Assembly: GCA_029838215.1 (NCBI GenBank)
Contig: JALGVI010000048.1
Coordinates: 1 to 32,559 of the forward strand
Source: Candidatus Helarchaeota archaeon
GTDB lineage: Archaea > Asgardarchaeota > Lokiarchaeia > Helarchaeales > RDOG01
Direction of reading: 5' to 3'
Length of the DNA: 32,559 nucleotides
The translations under genes were made by a program, and so were the position numbers. Shown in pieces: positions 16,723-25,750 of this stretch; positions within the stretch are counted from its first letter, which is position 1, and each line of letters opens with the position of its first letter. The notes under the pieces were generated by a model. It was not told the DNA's origin and did no database searches. It saw only the letters and a program-made list of their open reading frames with translations.

Positions 16723-17256
16723 TTATTCTAACAGAGAAAGACCAAGATCAAGTGCCTCCAAATTAATTGAAACGAATTTTCTCGGCACCAAATTTTTTAT
16801 CGAATCAATGAGAGATTTGGAGGAAACTATTGTTTTTAATCTTGTAAGAACGCCTATCATTATGATATTTGCAACTATACGCTTTCCCAATTTTAATGCC
16901 AATTCTGTAGCAGGGATGGCGACGATTTCATGACCTTGTTCTTCTGGCAATTCGACGCTATTTGAATTTATCAAAACCAAGGCTTTGGTTGTAATCAGCG
17001 GGAAATACACGTCGAATGCTTCTTGGGACATCGCTACTAAGATATCGGCTTTATCAATAATGGGAAAATTTATTGAACGATCTGCTGAGATTATCATGTC
17101 ACTTTTCAACCGTCCGCCACGTTGTTCAGGACCATAAGATTGAATTTGCGCGACCTTGTAGCCGTCTCTAATTGCGGCATCACCAAAAATAATGGAGGCT
17201 CTCACGATTCCTTGTCCTCCTTGACCAGAGAATCTAATTTTAATCTTTTTGTTCAT
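16723..17256 (-). CDS. korC: 2-oxoacid:ferredoxin oxidoreductase gamma subunit
   Basis: GQGGQGI, SYGPEQRGG, ANIIMIG motifs; overlaps the beta gene. Confidence 0.9.
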   Translation of the reverse strand: MNKKIKIRFSGQGGQGIVRASIIFGDAAIRDGYKVAQIQSYGPEQRGGRLKSDMIISADRSINFPIIDKADILVAMSQEAFDVYFPLITTKALVLINSNSVELPEEQGHEIVAIPATELALKLGKRIVANIIMIGVLTRLKTIVSSKSLIDSIKNLVPRKFVSINLEALDLGLSLLE

Positions 17257-18154
17257 CTTTGGCCGCCCAGAATTGTTTTTTTGCTCGTTTTTTCATTTCT
17301 TCGTATAATTCATGAAAATCCGACTTGTAAAGGTCACTAAATTCACCTATGAGTATCTTACCTGCCTTGGATTGAGTGATTTTAAACAAGTCACAAAGAT
17401 CATTATCAGGATAGGTTTTTGCACTTTCAAGGTGGTGCTTGGTCTCAGGAGAGTAGAGCAGAGAGTTATCCAGAAAAGAGCGAATCATTTTTCGTGGGTC
17501 TCCAGAGATATTACGTCGTCCATAGGATACGGGACAGGTACTGATCATTTCCACGAATGAAAATCCTTTTCTTGTAACGGCTTTTTTTATTGCGGTAATG
17601 GCTTGGACGGAATGTGCAACAGTCCAACGCGCCACGTAGACAGCACCAGCAGCTTTCGCTAGCACGCTTAAGTTAAACGAATGTTCGATGTTTCTATACG
17701 GAGTTGTCGTGCTCAGATCGCCCATTGGCATGGTCGATGATGCTTGTCCACCCGTCATGCCGTAGTTAAAATTATTGATACAAATGACGGTGATATCAAT
17801 GTTCCTCCTTATTGCGTGAATGAAATGACTCATTCCTATCGAACCCAAATCACCATCCCCTGTAATGACGATCACGTTGAGGGCTGGATTTGTCGCCTTG
17901 ATTCCCGTGGCAAAAGCTATGGCACGACCATGAGTCGTATGAAGCCCATCAGACTCGAAATAGGCGGGAAGACGAGATGAACACCCAATCCCTGATACCA
18001 AAACCAAATCATTTTGATTAATCTTCAAGTCATCTAATGCCCGCACTAAATAATTTAAAACCATACCATTTCCACAGCCGGGACAAAATATCGTGGGTAA
18101 CAGGGGTTCTCGCAAATATTTCTTAACGAGTTCTCTTCCCGTCTTGCTTGTCAT
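17240..18154 (-). CDS. korB: 2-oxoacid:ferredoxin oxidoreductase beta subunit (TPP-binding)
   Basis: FCPGCG, GIGCS, HTTHGRA, GDGD...NNFNYGMTGGQ, STCP. Confidence 0.93.
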   Translation of the reverse strand: MTSKTGRELVKKYLREPLLPTIFCPGCGNGMVLNYLVRALDDLKINQNDLVLVSGIGCSSRLPAYFESDGLHTTHGRAIAFATGIKATNPALNVIVITGDGDLGSIGMSHFIHAIRRNIDITVICINNFNYGMTGGQASSTMPMGDLSTTTPYRNIEHSFNLSVLAKAAGAVYVARWTVAHSVQAITAIKKAVTRKGFSFVEMISTCPVSYGRRNISGDPRKMIRSFLDNSLLYSPETKHHLESAKTYPDNDLCDLFKITQSKAGKILIGEFSDLYKSDFHELYEEMKKRAKKQFWAAKDEQKD

Positions 18155-19341
18155 TAGAGCACCTCTTTGATCTTTGCCAATATTTCCTCAGGTGAATGAA
18201 GTTCGCCCCCGATCTTGCCAAAACGAATTACTTCAGCATTTCCCCTCGAATACTCAGATACCTTGTGAAAAATTTGTCCCATGTTCATCTCAGGGACGAT
18301 AAAATATTTGGTCTTCTGGCTCAGATTGAAGATGAGTTCATCTGCAAAGGGCCAAATTGTTATCAATCGAAGATTTCCGACGCTAATATCCTGCGCACGT
18401 GCCATCTCAACGGCTTCAATTGCAGGACGCGATGTTATGCCGTGGCTCACGATGATGATTTTTGGATCATCGTCAAGGTATTGAGCTTCATACCTGACGA
18501 TGTCATCTCTATTGTCTGAAATTTTTTCGTAAAAACGCCTTACAAGTTCTTCATGGACTTTAGGGTCTTGTGTTGCTGGATACGATTTCCAATCATGAGT
18601 TAGCCCCGTGAGATAAGTATGGTATTCATCACCTAATTTGTCCATTTCCGGTACCTTGCTTTCAGGATGGGTGAAACCGGTCCGAAATGGAAGGTATTGA
18701 GATACGTCAATGGTGACAGGAGAGCGCTTCTTGATAACCACGTCATTTGGGTCAGGAATTATTAAGGATTCACGTAAATGAGCTGTAATGGCATCAGACA
18801 AGATGATGACAGGAGTTCGATATTTATCCGCAAGATTGAAAGCTTGGATGGTGATATCTAAACAATCTTGAACACCATTCGGAGCAAGTGCTATGATACT
18901 ATGATCACCGTGCGTGCCCCACCGTGCCTGCATTATATCCCCTTGGCTTGCCTTTGTTGGTTGACCCGTTGATGGTCCGGACCGTTGAACATCCACGATC
19001 ACGATGGGTGTTTCAGTCATGCAAGCATACCCAATATTCTCTTGCATGAGCGAAAAGCCGGGACCGGATGTTGCAGTCATCGTTCGGATTCCATTCCACG
19101 AGGCACCTATAATGGCAGCAATTGCAGCAATTTCATCTTCCATTTGAAGAAACATTCCATCAAGTAACGGCAAGAACTTAGCCATTTTTTCAAGAATTTC
19201 GGTGGCGGGCGTTATGGGGTATCCCGCGAAAAATCGGCATCCGGCTAAAAGAGCTCCATATACCATGGCATCATTACCCGTAACGAATTGCTTCTTTGGT
19301 TGAAGAATGTCTTCCAATTTAATTGCTTTATCCTTCAGCAC
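18154..19341 (-). CDS. korA: 2-oxoacid:ferredoxin oxidoreductase alpha subunit
   Basis: GNDA, FAGYPITPATE, QMEDEIAA, TATSGPGFSLMQE, QRSGPSTG. GTG 19341 follows GGAGG (ORF opens at 19377); TAATG overlap with beta. Exact 2-oxoacid substrate not determinable. Confidence 0.93.
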   Translation of the reverse strand: MLKDKAIKLEDILQPKKQFVTGNDAMVYGALLAGCRFFAGYPITPATEILEKMAKFLPLLDGMFLQMEDEIAAIAAIIGASWNGIRTMTATSGPGFSLMQENIGYACMTETPIVIVDVQRSGPSTGQPTKASQGDIMQARWGTHGDHSIIALAPNGVQDCLDITIQAFNLADKYRTPVIILSDAITAHLRESLIIPDPNDVVIKKRSPVTIDVSQYLPFRTGFTHPESKVPEMDKLGDEYHTYLTGLTHDWKSYPATQDPKVHEELVRRFYEKISDNRDDIVRYEAQYLDDDPKIIIVSHGITSRPAIEAVEMARAQDISVGNLRLITIWPFADELIFNLSQKTKYFIVPEMNMGQIFHKVSEYSRGNAEVIRFGKIGGELHSPEEILAKIKEVL

Positions 19342-19573
19342 TTGTTGCCTCCTTTTCATTTTCAAATTCCTCGACACTAATGGCGAAATCAGGGCAGATT
19401 AGCTCGCATCTCTTGCAATTGATACAGGCTTCGGGATCTTTGACTTCTACAACATCGTATCCCTTCTTATTAAATCGACCTGAAAAATCTAACACGTTTT
19501 TCGGGCAGACCTCAATGCACAAGCCGCAACCTTTACAACATTCTTCATTTATCACGGGAACCAAGAATTTCAC
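19328..19573 (-). CDS. korD: 2x[4Fe-4S] ferredoxin / delta subunit
   Basis: CKGCGLCIEVCP and CINCKRCELICP. Confidence 0.9.
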   Translation of the reverse strand: MKFLVPVINEECCKGCGLCIEVCPKNVLDFSGRFNKKGYDVVEVKDPEACINCKRCELICPDFAISVEEFENEKEATSAEG

Positions 19574-19670
19574 CGCAAGGAAAACGCTTAATCTAAATAA
19601 TGAAATGGGCGCAGTTCAGATATCTAAATATCCAAAGAAAAATTATAGCACGTCCAATAATACTTCATTG

Positions 19671-21767
19671 ATGGATTCGTTAAATATATTTGGAAGCCTG
19701 AGTTTTAAGAATTTAGTAAAAAATCCCGAATTTCGTCAATTTTTGAGGGCTTTAGGAGGAGTGAATATCCATTCAGATGTGGAAAACATCGTTCCGTCAT
19801 ATTGGACATCAACTCGTTGGAGAATTGAAAAAATCAAAGGTAAGGATTACGTCTTATCCCCTGCATTTTACAGAGATGAAGATTTAAGCATTCGGTTTGC
19901 CATTCGCGTGGACAAGGACAAATTCCAACTAAACGTTCATGTAAAGAAAAAAAACGAAGAGAAAATACTTGATTCAATTGCATGTTATAAAATCGTAACA
20001 GAATACATGGAAGATGAAAAGAAAAGCACGTACAGAGTCGAGTTGACACCGTTCGAAGAATTATTCGTGACCATTTCGAATCTAGATGCTTATTTTCAGG
20101 AAAAATTACCGATATATGAAACTTGGGACTTGAATATTGTCAATCAGGCATTTGATATCGTGATCGAACGGGGATATGCCACGCAAGAGATTCGGAAGAA
20201 GAAATGCAAGGAGATCACTGAAAACATAATTCTCTTATCGGAAGATGAAGATCTCTACAAGGCGCAAATTTACATTCAAATCAAGTCCTTGCTGGATTTT
20301 TGGGATTTTGACTGGTTTAACGATCTCAATGAGCATGTTGATTTGTTGGGTTTTCTTCACGAAATCGCGGCAAAAGAGAGTTCCGAAGAAATTGAACACA
20401 AGATTGCATTCATAGCCGAGAGGCGAACGGATGAGCGACTCTTGGATAAATTCATTACAGAAATGACAACCATGAATTTAAATGCTAAGAATCGAGTTTA
20501 TTGGTTTGTTTCCTGCATAAAGCGCCAATCAATTCGCCGCAGGCTTGAAAGCATCTTGTTAAGACGTTTAGAACGAGAGAATGAAACGAATTCCAAGAAC
20601 ATCATCGAACTATTACTAAAAATAGGTCATGTTGAAAATAAATTACTGCTTTTCGAGAAATTTTCACGGTTGGATTTAACAACGAAAATATTCATTTTAG
20701 AGAATCTTGAATCAAACTTAGATCTCCGTCACGTGCCATTTCTAATGCAACTTTTAGAAGATAGAAACTGGCAAGTTCGGCAGAAAACCATCGAAATTTT
20801 GGCTCTAATAGGAGATATTAAAGTTGTCGAGCCCATCATCATTCATCTCGATGATTCGCATTTTTTGGTTCGTTCTCAAGCGGCTTCTCTACTCGGTCAA
20901 TTTAAAAGCAAGATTGCATTGAAGCCTCTCATCTTACGATTAAGAAAAGAAGAAAACATTAACGTGCAGATGAGCATATTGGATTCCATTGAGGAAATAA
21001 AGGAAAAATCGGCTTCATTTCCATTAATCGAGACTTTCAGGAACAAGCAATTTGAAGACAAAGTCCAAACCAGAATCATAGAAGTCCTTGCAAGGATTGG
21101 TGGAAGCAAGGTAGAAGAATTCTTGAAGGAATTGATGACTCCGAAAACCACGAAACACTTACTATTAGCGGCTCTGGAAGCGGCTAAATTGTTAAATGAG
21201 CAAGAAATAATTAAAAGCGTTTATCAAAATTTAACACATCCCGAACCAAGTGTTCGAATGAAAGCACTTGAAACGATTCGATTTTTTCCAACGCCATCAG
21301 AACCAGAAATAATCTTTGCTCGTCTTAAGGACGAGAGAAGCGTTCAATTGGAAGCAATTAGGACGATTGGGCACTTACAGATTAAGAACGGTTATATTCA
21401 TCTCGCACAATTGCTAAAATCAACAGATGATGAGATTGTTCGAGAAACGATCCTTTCGCTCGGTCGAATTAAAGATGAAAGGGGAATATCTTCCTTATTG
21501 AACATCTCGGACATCCGTTTTAGAAATCACGTGGCACTAGCTCTTCCAAAACTGATCAAGCACCCAACGATTTCTGCACTCATGAAACGTCTAATTAATC
21601 CAGATTGGAAAGTCCGGTTATCAGTCGTTCGGACAATTGGTGAGTTTAAAAACCCGGAATCAATTCCTGCCTTGATTTTTTCAATTCAAGATAAAAACGA
21701 AAACGTCCGCTCTGAAGCAAGGAAATTCTTATCAGAATATGAAAAGTTAAAAATAGAAATGAATTGA
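19671..21767 (+). CDS. Large HEAT/PBS-repeat protein with uncharacterised N-terminal region
   Basis: Repeats such as LLEDRNWQVRQKTIEILALIG, LDDSHFLVRSQAASLLGQF, LINPDWKVRLSVVRTIGEF. ORF from 19323 overlaps korD; ATG 19671 preferred. Confidence 0.82.
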   Translation: MDSLNIFGSLSFKNLVKNPEFRQFLRALGGVNIHSDVENIVPSYWTSTRWRIEKIKGKDYVLSPAFYRDEDLSIRFAIRVDKDKFQLNVHVKKKNEEKILDSIACYKIVTEYMEDEKKSTYRVELTPFEELFVTISNLDAYFQEKLPIYETWDLNIVNQAFDIVIERGYATQEIRKKKCKEITENIILLSEDEDLYKAQIYIQIKSLLDFWDFDWFNDLNEHVDLLGFLHEIAAKESSEEIEHKIAFIAERRTDERLLDKFITEMTTMNLNAKNRVYWFVSCIKRQSIRRRLESILLRRLERENETNSKNIIELLLKIGHVENKLLLFEKFSRLDLTTKIFILENLESNLDLRHVPFLMQLLEDRNWQVRQKTIEILALIGDIKVVEPIIIHLDDSHFLVRSQAASLLGQFKSKIALKPLILRLRKEENINVQMSILDSIEEIKEKSASFPLIETFRNKQFEDKVQTRIIEVLARIGGSKVEEFLKELMTPKTTKHLLLAALEAAKLLNEQEIIKSVYQNLTHPEPSVRMKALETIRFFPTPSEPEIIFARLKDERSVQLEAIRTIGHLQIKNGYIHLAQLLKSTDDEIVRETILSLGRIKDERGISSLLNISDIRFRNHVALALPKLIKHPTISALMKRLINPDWKVRLSVVRTIGEFKNPESIPALIFSIQDKNENVRSEARKFLSEYEKLKIEMN

Positions 21768-22574
21768 TTACCACGGAACTGACTTTTTACCGAGCTTGTA
21801 AGCAACAAAGTTAGCAAATAAGGCTATTAAGGGAGTAAATATGAGAATCAGAACGTAATAGTACCACGGTAAGAAATACCACGGCATTAGAAAGAGGGGC
21901 AACGTGAATAAAATCGAAATACATATGAAATCAATCTGATCTAGGACAGGAAATTGTGCACCTCTTGGAACTTTAAATCGCCTTTTAATAAAGGAGCCGA
22001 CGAGATCCCCCACGGGAGTTCCAATTGATAGCAATATGATTCGAGGAACGTGTACCCATATTATAGTTAAGGGATAAACAGCCAGAACCCGGGTGAATTC
22101 GTCGAACGTGATGAGTTTCATGGCAACATAATAGAGAGGACCACCGAATAGAGAAATTCGCGTTTCAAAATATGCGACACTTTGAGCAAGGAAATGCAAG
22201 AACAATAAAAAGGGCGAAATTGCAATCCCTATTATGACACCACCGATGAATCCCTCGACGGTCTTGCCATCTCCGAAGATTCTCTCACCATCAAAAAAGT
22301 TCTTGCCAAAATCAATGGGATGTGATGTTCTCCTGAGCGTTCCGGCAATAGTCATTCCTGCATTAGCAATAAAGGCCGGTGCAAAAGTAAGAATGGATAA
22401 CATTAACATTATAAGCCAATCTAGCGGTTTACCATTCAGTATCACAAAAATTACAAAAAGAATATTAATTACACCTAAAATCACGATGAAAATTTCGACA
22501 TTCCGAATGTCTTTCTTTCGAAGTGTATCTTTCTCAGCACGTATTGCCGTGAGGGATAAATCTTCGGAAGTCAT
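21768..22574 (-). CDS. carS: CDP-archaeol synthase (CDP-2,3-bis-O-geranylgeranyl-sn-glycerol synthase)
   Basis: PAFIANA, PIDFGKNFFDGERIFGDGKTVEG, GDLVGSFIKRR..PRG..FPVLDQIDF, C-terminal AYKLGKKSVPW. Confidence 0.92.
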   Translation of the reverse strand: MTSEDLSLTAIRAEKDTLRKKDIRNVEIFIVILGVINILFVIFVILNGKPLDWLIMLMLSILTFAPAFIANAGMTIAGTLRRTSHPIDFGKNFFDGERIFGDGKTVEGFIGGVIIGIAISPFLLFLHFLAQSVAYFETRISLFGGPLYYVAMKLITFDEFTRVLAVYPLTIIWVHVPRIILLSIGTPVGDLVGSFIKRRFKVPRGAQFPVLDQIDFICISILFTLPLFLMPWYFLPWYYYVLILIFTPLIALFANFVAYKLGKKSVPW

Positions 22575-22850
22575 GTCTTTCCTCCGTGAGTTTATTAAGT
22601 GGACTAGAATAATTTATTTAAAAAAGTTTTTAATTTCCAATCTTTTGGGAAAATCATCAGAATTAATAGAAAAAATCCCTTTTTAAAAACATCATCCAAG
22701 CACGATTGTTTAGATGCTTTTTAAATATGGAACTTTGCTTTGGCAGGTCTGAAGAAACTAATCTTCACGCCTTCTTCATTTTCTTTTATAAAAAACAATT
22801 GAAAAAAAATCGATAATTTACGACAAAAGATTTAAAGAGAAAGCGAAGAT

Positions 22851-22879
22851 AATTTGGATTATAAAACAGAATCCAAATT
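22851..22879. promoter_or_regulatory. Perfect 10-bp inverted repeat with 9-bp spacer overlapping a TATA-like element
   Basis: AATTTGGATT-ataaaacag-AATCCAAATT; TTATAAAA at 22859-22866; ends 26 nt upstream of TTG 22906. Confidence 0.55.
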
Positions 22880-22905
22880 CATGCCAATAAAGCATAAATC
22901 ACAAC

Positions 22906-24891
22906 TTGAAATTCTTGTCCAAAAAGACATTGTTATTCATTTTTAAGAAGGTTTTTTTAGTGGTAGGCATTTGCCTGTTCGCTGTTTCCCTGATAGTGAC
23001 TTTGACTTTCAACGTTTTCCTTGCTCCAAGTATTGAAACGCATTTTCAGATCGAAGTAAACCAGCCGTTTGGCATCTGGGGAGAAAATGGAACAGTTATT
23101 GATGCAGTGATATATCAACCTAGAGGAGTACCATTCACGCAAGTAGTTTATGCTAAAAGACCCGTGGTCATTCTCGTGCACGGTTTCAGTTGTGATAAAA
23201 CTTACATGAAAGGAGCGGCATATGAATTAAACAAGCGTGGTTTTGTAACGATTTCGATTTCGGCTCGAGGTCATGGTGCTTCAATGGGTCAATTTGCTGG
23301 CGGTGTTTATTTTTATAACGAAACTCTTGCAATGGTACAATGGATACGTGAGAATGCTGGACGGTTTAATATCGACGTGGATAGAATTGGATTAGTGGGA
23401 CACTCGATGGGAGCTGTGACCGTTACGAATGCCGCGACCATGGACCAAGAACTCGGTAACTTCTGGATAAATTCCACGGTGGCAATTGCAGGTCCAGTAT
23501 TAAACTACACGCGGGGAGACCCGGGCGTTCCTGGAACGGGTGAGGGTCAGTCCGAATTTTCGGCGCCTCATTTAATCGGTTTCTACTTACCACAGCTTGC
23601 ACTCACTCGAAACGTCCAAAGTAACATGCTCGAAAGCATCATAGAAGGTCGCGTGAACGATACGAAGCCGTATAACTATCTTAACATCATCGGTAGCATG
23701 GATCAAGCATTCACGGTGGCATCTGCCAAGGAAGTTGTATATGCGATGGGAGAACAGCCAGTCTTTGGAGTAACCGATTTTACGGCATTGCCTGAAGGAA
23801 CAGTATACGGCAATTTTCAGGATGGCACGGCAAGAAAACTCTCAGTGGTTCCCGGAATCGATCATCTTTTAGAAATGCACGATCCCGAAGTCCTTGTAGA
23901 AATGATTGATTGGTTTGAAGAATCCATGATGCTCACGACGGAAGCAGGATATCCCGGTCAGGTGAACGTGTTCAACATAACGGAACCAATAAGGTTCAGT
24001 GCCAATATATTTTGCATTTTGGCAATTTTAATTTTATTCATTCCACTTACGGTATACCTTGGCAATGCCCTTAAACCATTGATGGCACCATCCCCAAAGG
24101 CTGCTCATGACATCCCTGAAAAAGACACGAAGAAATTGTTCCTTATCTATGGTGCAATTTTTGCGGGTACCGCAATTCCAGTTTTACCGATAATATTGAC
24201 ATTTAACTTGCAATTTATCATTGCAACGGATTTCTTGCTATCAAACATATTTGTTCTCTTTGGATTCATTCATTCGATGATATTGCTCCCAGCTCTAATC
24301 ATCTTGATGATCTTTGAAAATAGAAAATACTCGGAAAAACTATCGGACTTTGGTCTTGCGAAGGAATCGATCCCATCAAGCATTCTATATGGAATCACAA
24401 TCGTTGGAATCTATTTTATCATGGGAAATTTGATAGCCACGAATAATTACCACAACATGATGCCTTACAAGATCTGGGGATTTCTTGAAATTTTCGGTTA
24501 TCTTTTCGTTTTCTTCTTGATAAGTGAATTATTCTTGAGAGGTCTCATTCAGACAAAACTGAGCCGATATAAAGGAAAGAAAATTTGGAAATTTCCGGGA
24601 AAGGAACTGATACTGACGTCATTGATAACGGGCACGATCCAAGGTACTGGACTTGGAATAATTTTCGGAATGTTCAACTTCTATGCATCGGGAAGTATAG
24701 TAACTGCTATATTGATTCCCTTTGCTTGCATTCTCCTGTTCGTACCCATTGCCGCCATTCAGGCTTGGTTTTATCGAAAATGTCGGAATGTCTTTGCTTC
24801 TATCATGGTGTCAAGTCTATTTCTTGCTTGGATCTTTAGCATCATCATGCCAGCCATAGATTCTGTAATGGTCTTTAACATCATTACTTAA
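22906..24891 (+). CDS. Membrane-anchored alpha/beta hydrolase with multi-TM C-terminal domain
   Basis: N-terminal TM; VHGFS, GHGAS, GHSMG nucleophile, GSMD, GIDHL; about 8 C-terminal TM segments. Confidence 0.82.
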   Translation: MKFLSKKTLLFIFKKVFLVVGICLFAVSLIVTLTFNVFLAPSIETHFQIEVNQPFGIWGENGTVIDAVIYQPRGVPFTQVVYAKRPVVILVHGFSCDKTYMKGAAYELNKRGFVTISISARGHGASMGQFAGGVYFYNETLAMVQWIRENAGRFNIDVDRIGLVGHSMGAVTVTNAATMDQELGNFWINSTVAIAGPVLNYTRGDPGVPGTGEGQSEFSAPHLIGFYLPQLALTRNVQSNMLESIIEGRVNDTKPYNYLNIIGSMDQAFTVASAKEVVYAMGEQPVFGVTDFTALPEGTVYGNFQDGTARKLSVVPGIDHLLEMHDPEVLVEMIDWFEESMMLTTEAGYPGQVNVFNITEPIRFSANIFCILAILILFIPLTVYLGNALKPLMAPSPKAAHDIPEKDTKKLFLIYGAIFAGTAIPVLPIILTFNLQFIIATDFLLSNIFVLFGFIHSMILLPALIILMIFENRKYSEKLSDFGLAKESIPSSILYGITIVGIYFIMGNLIATNNYHNMMPYKIWGFLEIFGYLFVFFLISELFLRGLIQTKLSRYKGKKIWKFPGKELILTSLITGTIQGTGLGIIFGMFNFYASGSIVTAILIPFACILLFVPIAAIQAWFYRKCRNVFASIMVSSLFLAWIFSIIMPAIDSVMVFNIIT

Positions 24892-24912
24892 TCCTTTTTT
24901 TAAAAAAAAGGA
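24892..24912 (+). terminator. Near-palindromic T7/A8 tract, candidate terminator
   Basis: TCC-TTTTTTT-AAAAAAAA-GGA immediately after the hydrolase stop. Confidence 0.45.
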
Positions 24913-25015
24913 ATGATTTCGACCTGATTTCTCATCATTAGTTTTCACGAAGGAGAAAAAGAGTGCTTTTTTTGACCGATTGAAAAGCGCATTGATGTAA
25001 CTTGTTTCTAGGCAT

Positions 25016-25097
25016 TTTTCTCACAAGATGTTAGGAACATTTATAAACTATTAATGACCAAGTTAGTTTAAGTAAAAAGTCACATAATGTTAGAAAA
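25016..25097 (+). promoter_or_regulatory. Archaeal promoter of the chaperone operon (TATA TTTATAAA 25040-25047) flanked by two TCAC-N5-GTTAG boxes
   Basis: tcacaagatgttag (25021-25034) and tcacataatgttag (25080-25093), 12/14 identical; resemble archaeal heat-shock repressor sites. Confidence 0.55.
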
Positions 25098-25100
25098 TAC

Positions 25101-25724
25101 GTGATGAAAAAAGGGTCTGATGTTCCAATGAAAAAAAATGAAGAGAGATTTGAACCCGATTTCTCCGAGGATTCCGCAGAAAAAAAAGCGAAAGAAGTTA
25201 TCGAGATATCTAAAGCAGAATATGAACATTTAAAAGAACAGGATAAGTTGGCTAAGCGTTACCTATCCAGCCTTCATCAGATACAAGCAGATTTTGAAAA
25301 TTTCAGGAGAATTGCGGAGAAAAATAAGGAACATTATATCAAGTACGGGAATGAAAATATCATTAAAAAGTTAATTCGAATAAATGATGACTTGATTCGA
25401 GCCGTGCAGATGGCAAAAAGTCCCAAAGATGAAAATATAACCTTAAATGATTACGAAACTCTACATGCAGGATTAAGAATGATTCAAGAGAATCTTTCAA
25501 GACTTCTGGACTCAGAAGGCGTCAAACCAATCAATGCAAAAGGAAAGCCGTTTGATCCTTATGAACACGAAGTCATGTATGTAGAAGATACAACAGGAGT
25601 TCCGGATAATACATGCCTGGAAGAGCTTGAAAATGGTTATTATTTCAAGGATAAAGTCATCAGACCCTCAAAAGTGAAGGTATCACGTTATAACAAGCAA
25701 AAAAGTGAGGAAATTAGTGTTTAA
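25101..25724 (+). CDS. grpE: Nucleotide exchange factor GrpE
   Basis: QADFENFRR, FDPYEHEVM, GYYFKDKVIRPSKVKV. Start may be ATG 25104 or 25128. Confidence 0.95.
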   Translation: MMKKGSDVPMKKNEERFEPDFSEDSAEKKAKEVIEISKAEYEHLKEQDKLAKRYLSSLHQIQADFENFRRIAEKNKEHYIKYGNENIIKKLIRINDDLIRAVQMAKSPKDENITLNDYETLHAGLRMIQENLSRLLDSEGVKPINAKGKPFDPYEHEVMYVEDTTGVPDNTCLEELENGYYFKDKVIRPSKVKVSRYNKQKSEEISV

Positions 25725-25750
25725 ATTAAGTAAAAATAAGGAAGTGATAC

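Noticed and set aside
19323-19670. 116-aa N-terminal extension of the HEAT ORF
   Set aside because: It is the antisense of korA/korD plus their promoter region; ATG 19671 gives a non-overlapping gene.
24943-24969. Possible CIRCE (HrcA) element upstream of grpE
   Set aside because: Only a partial right half (GAGTGCTTT); the left arm at the required 9-nt spacing (tttcacgaa) does not match TTAGCACTC, and there is no hrcA in the window.
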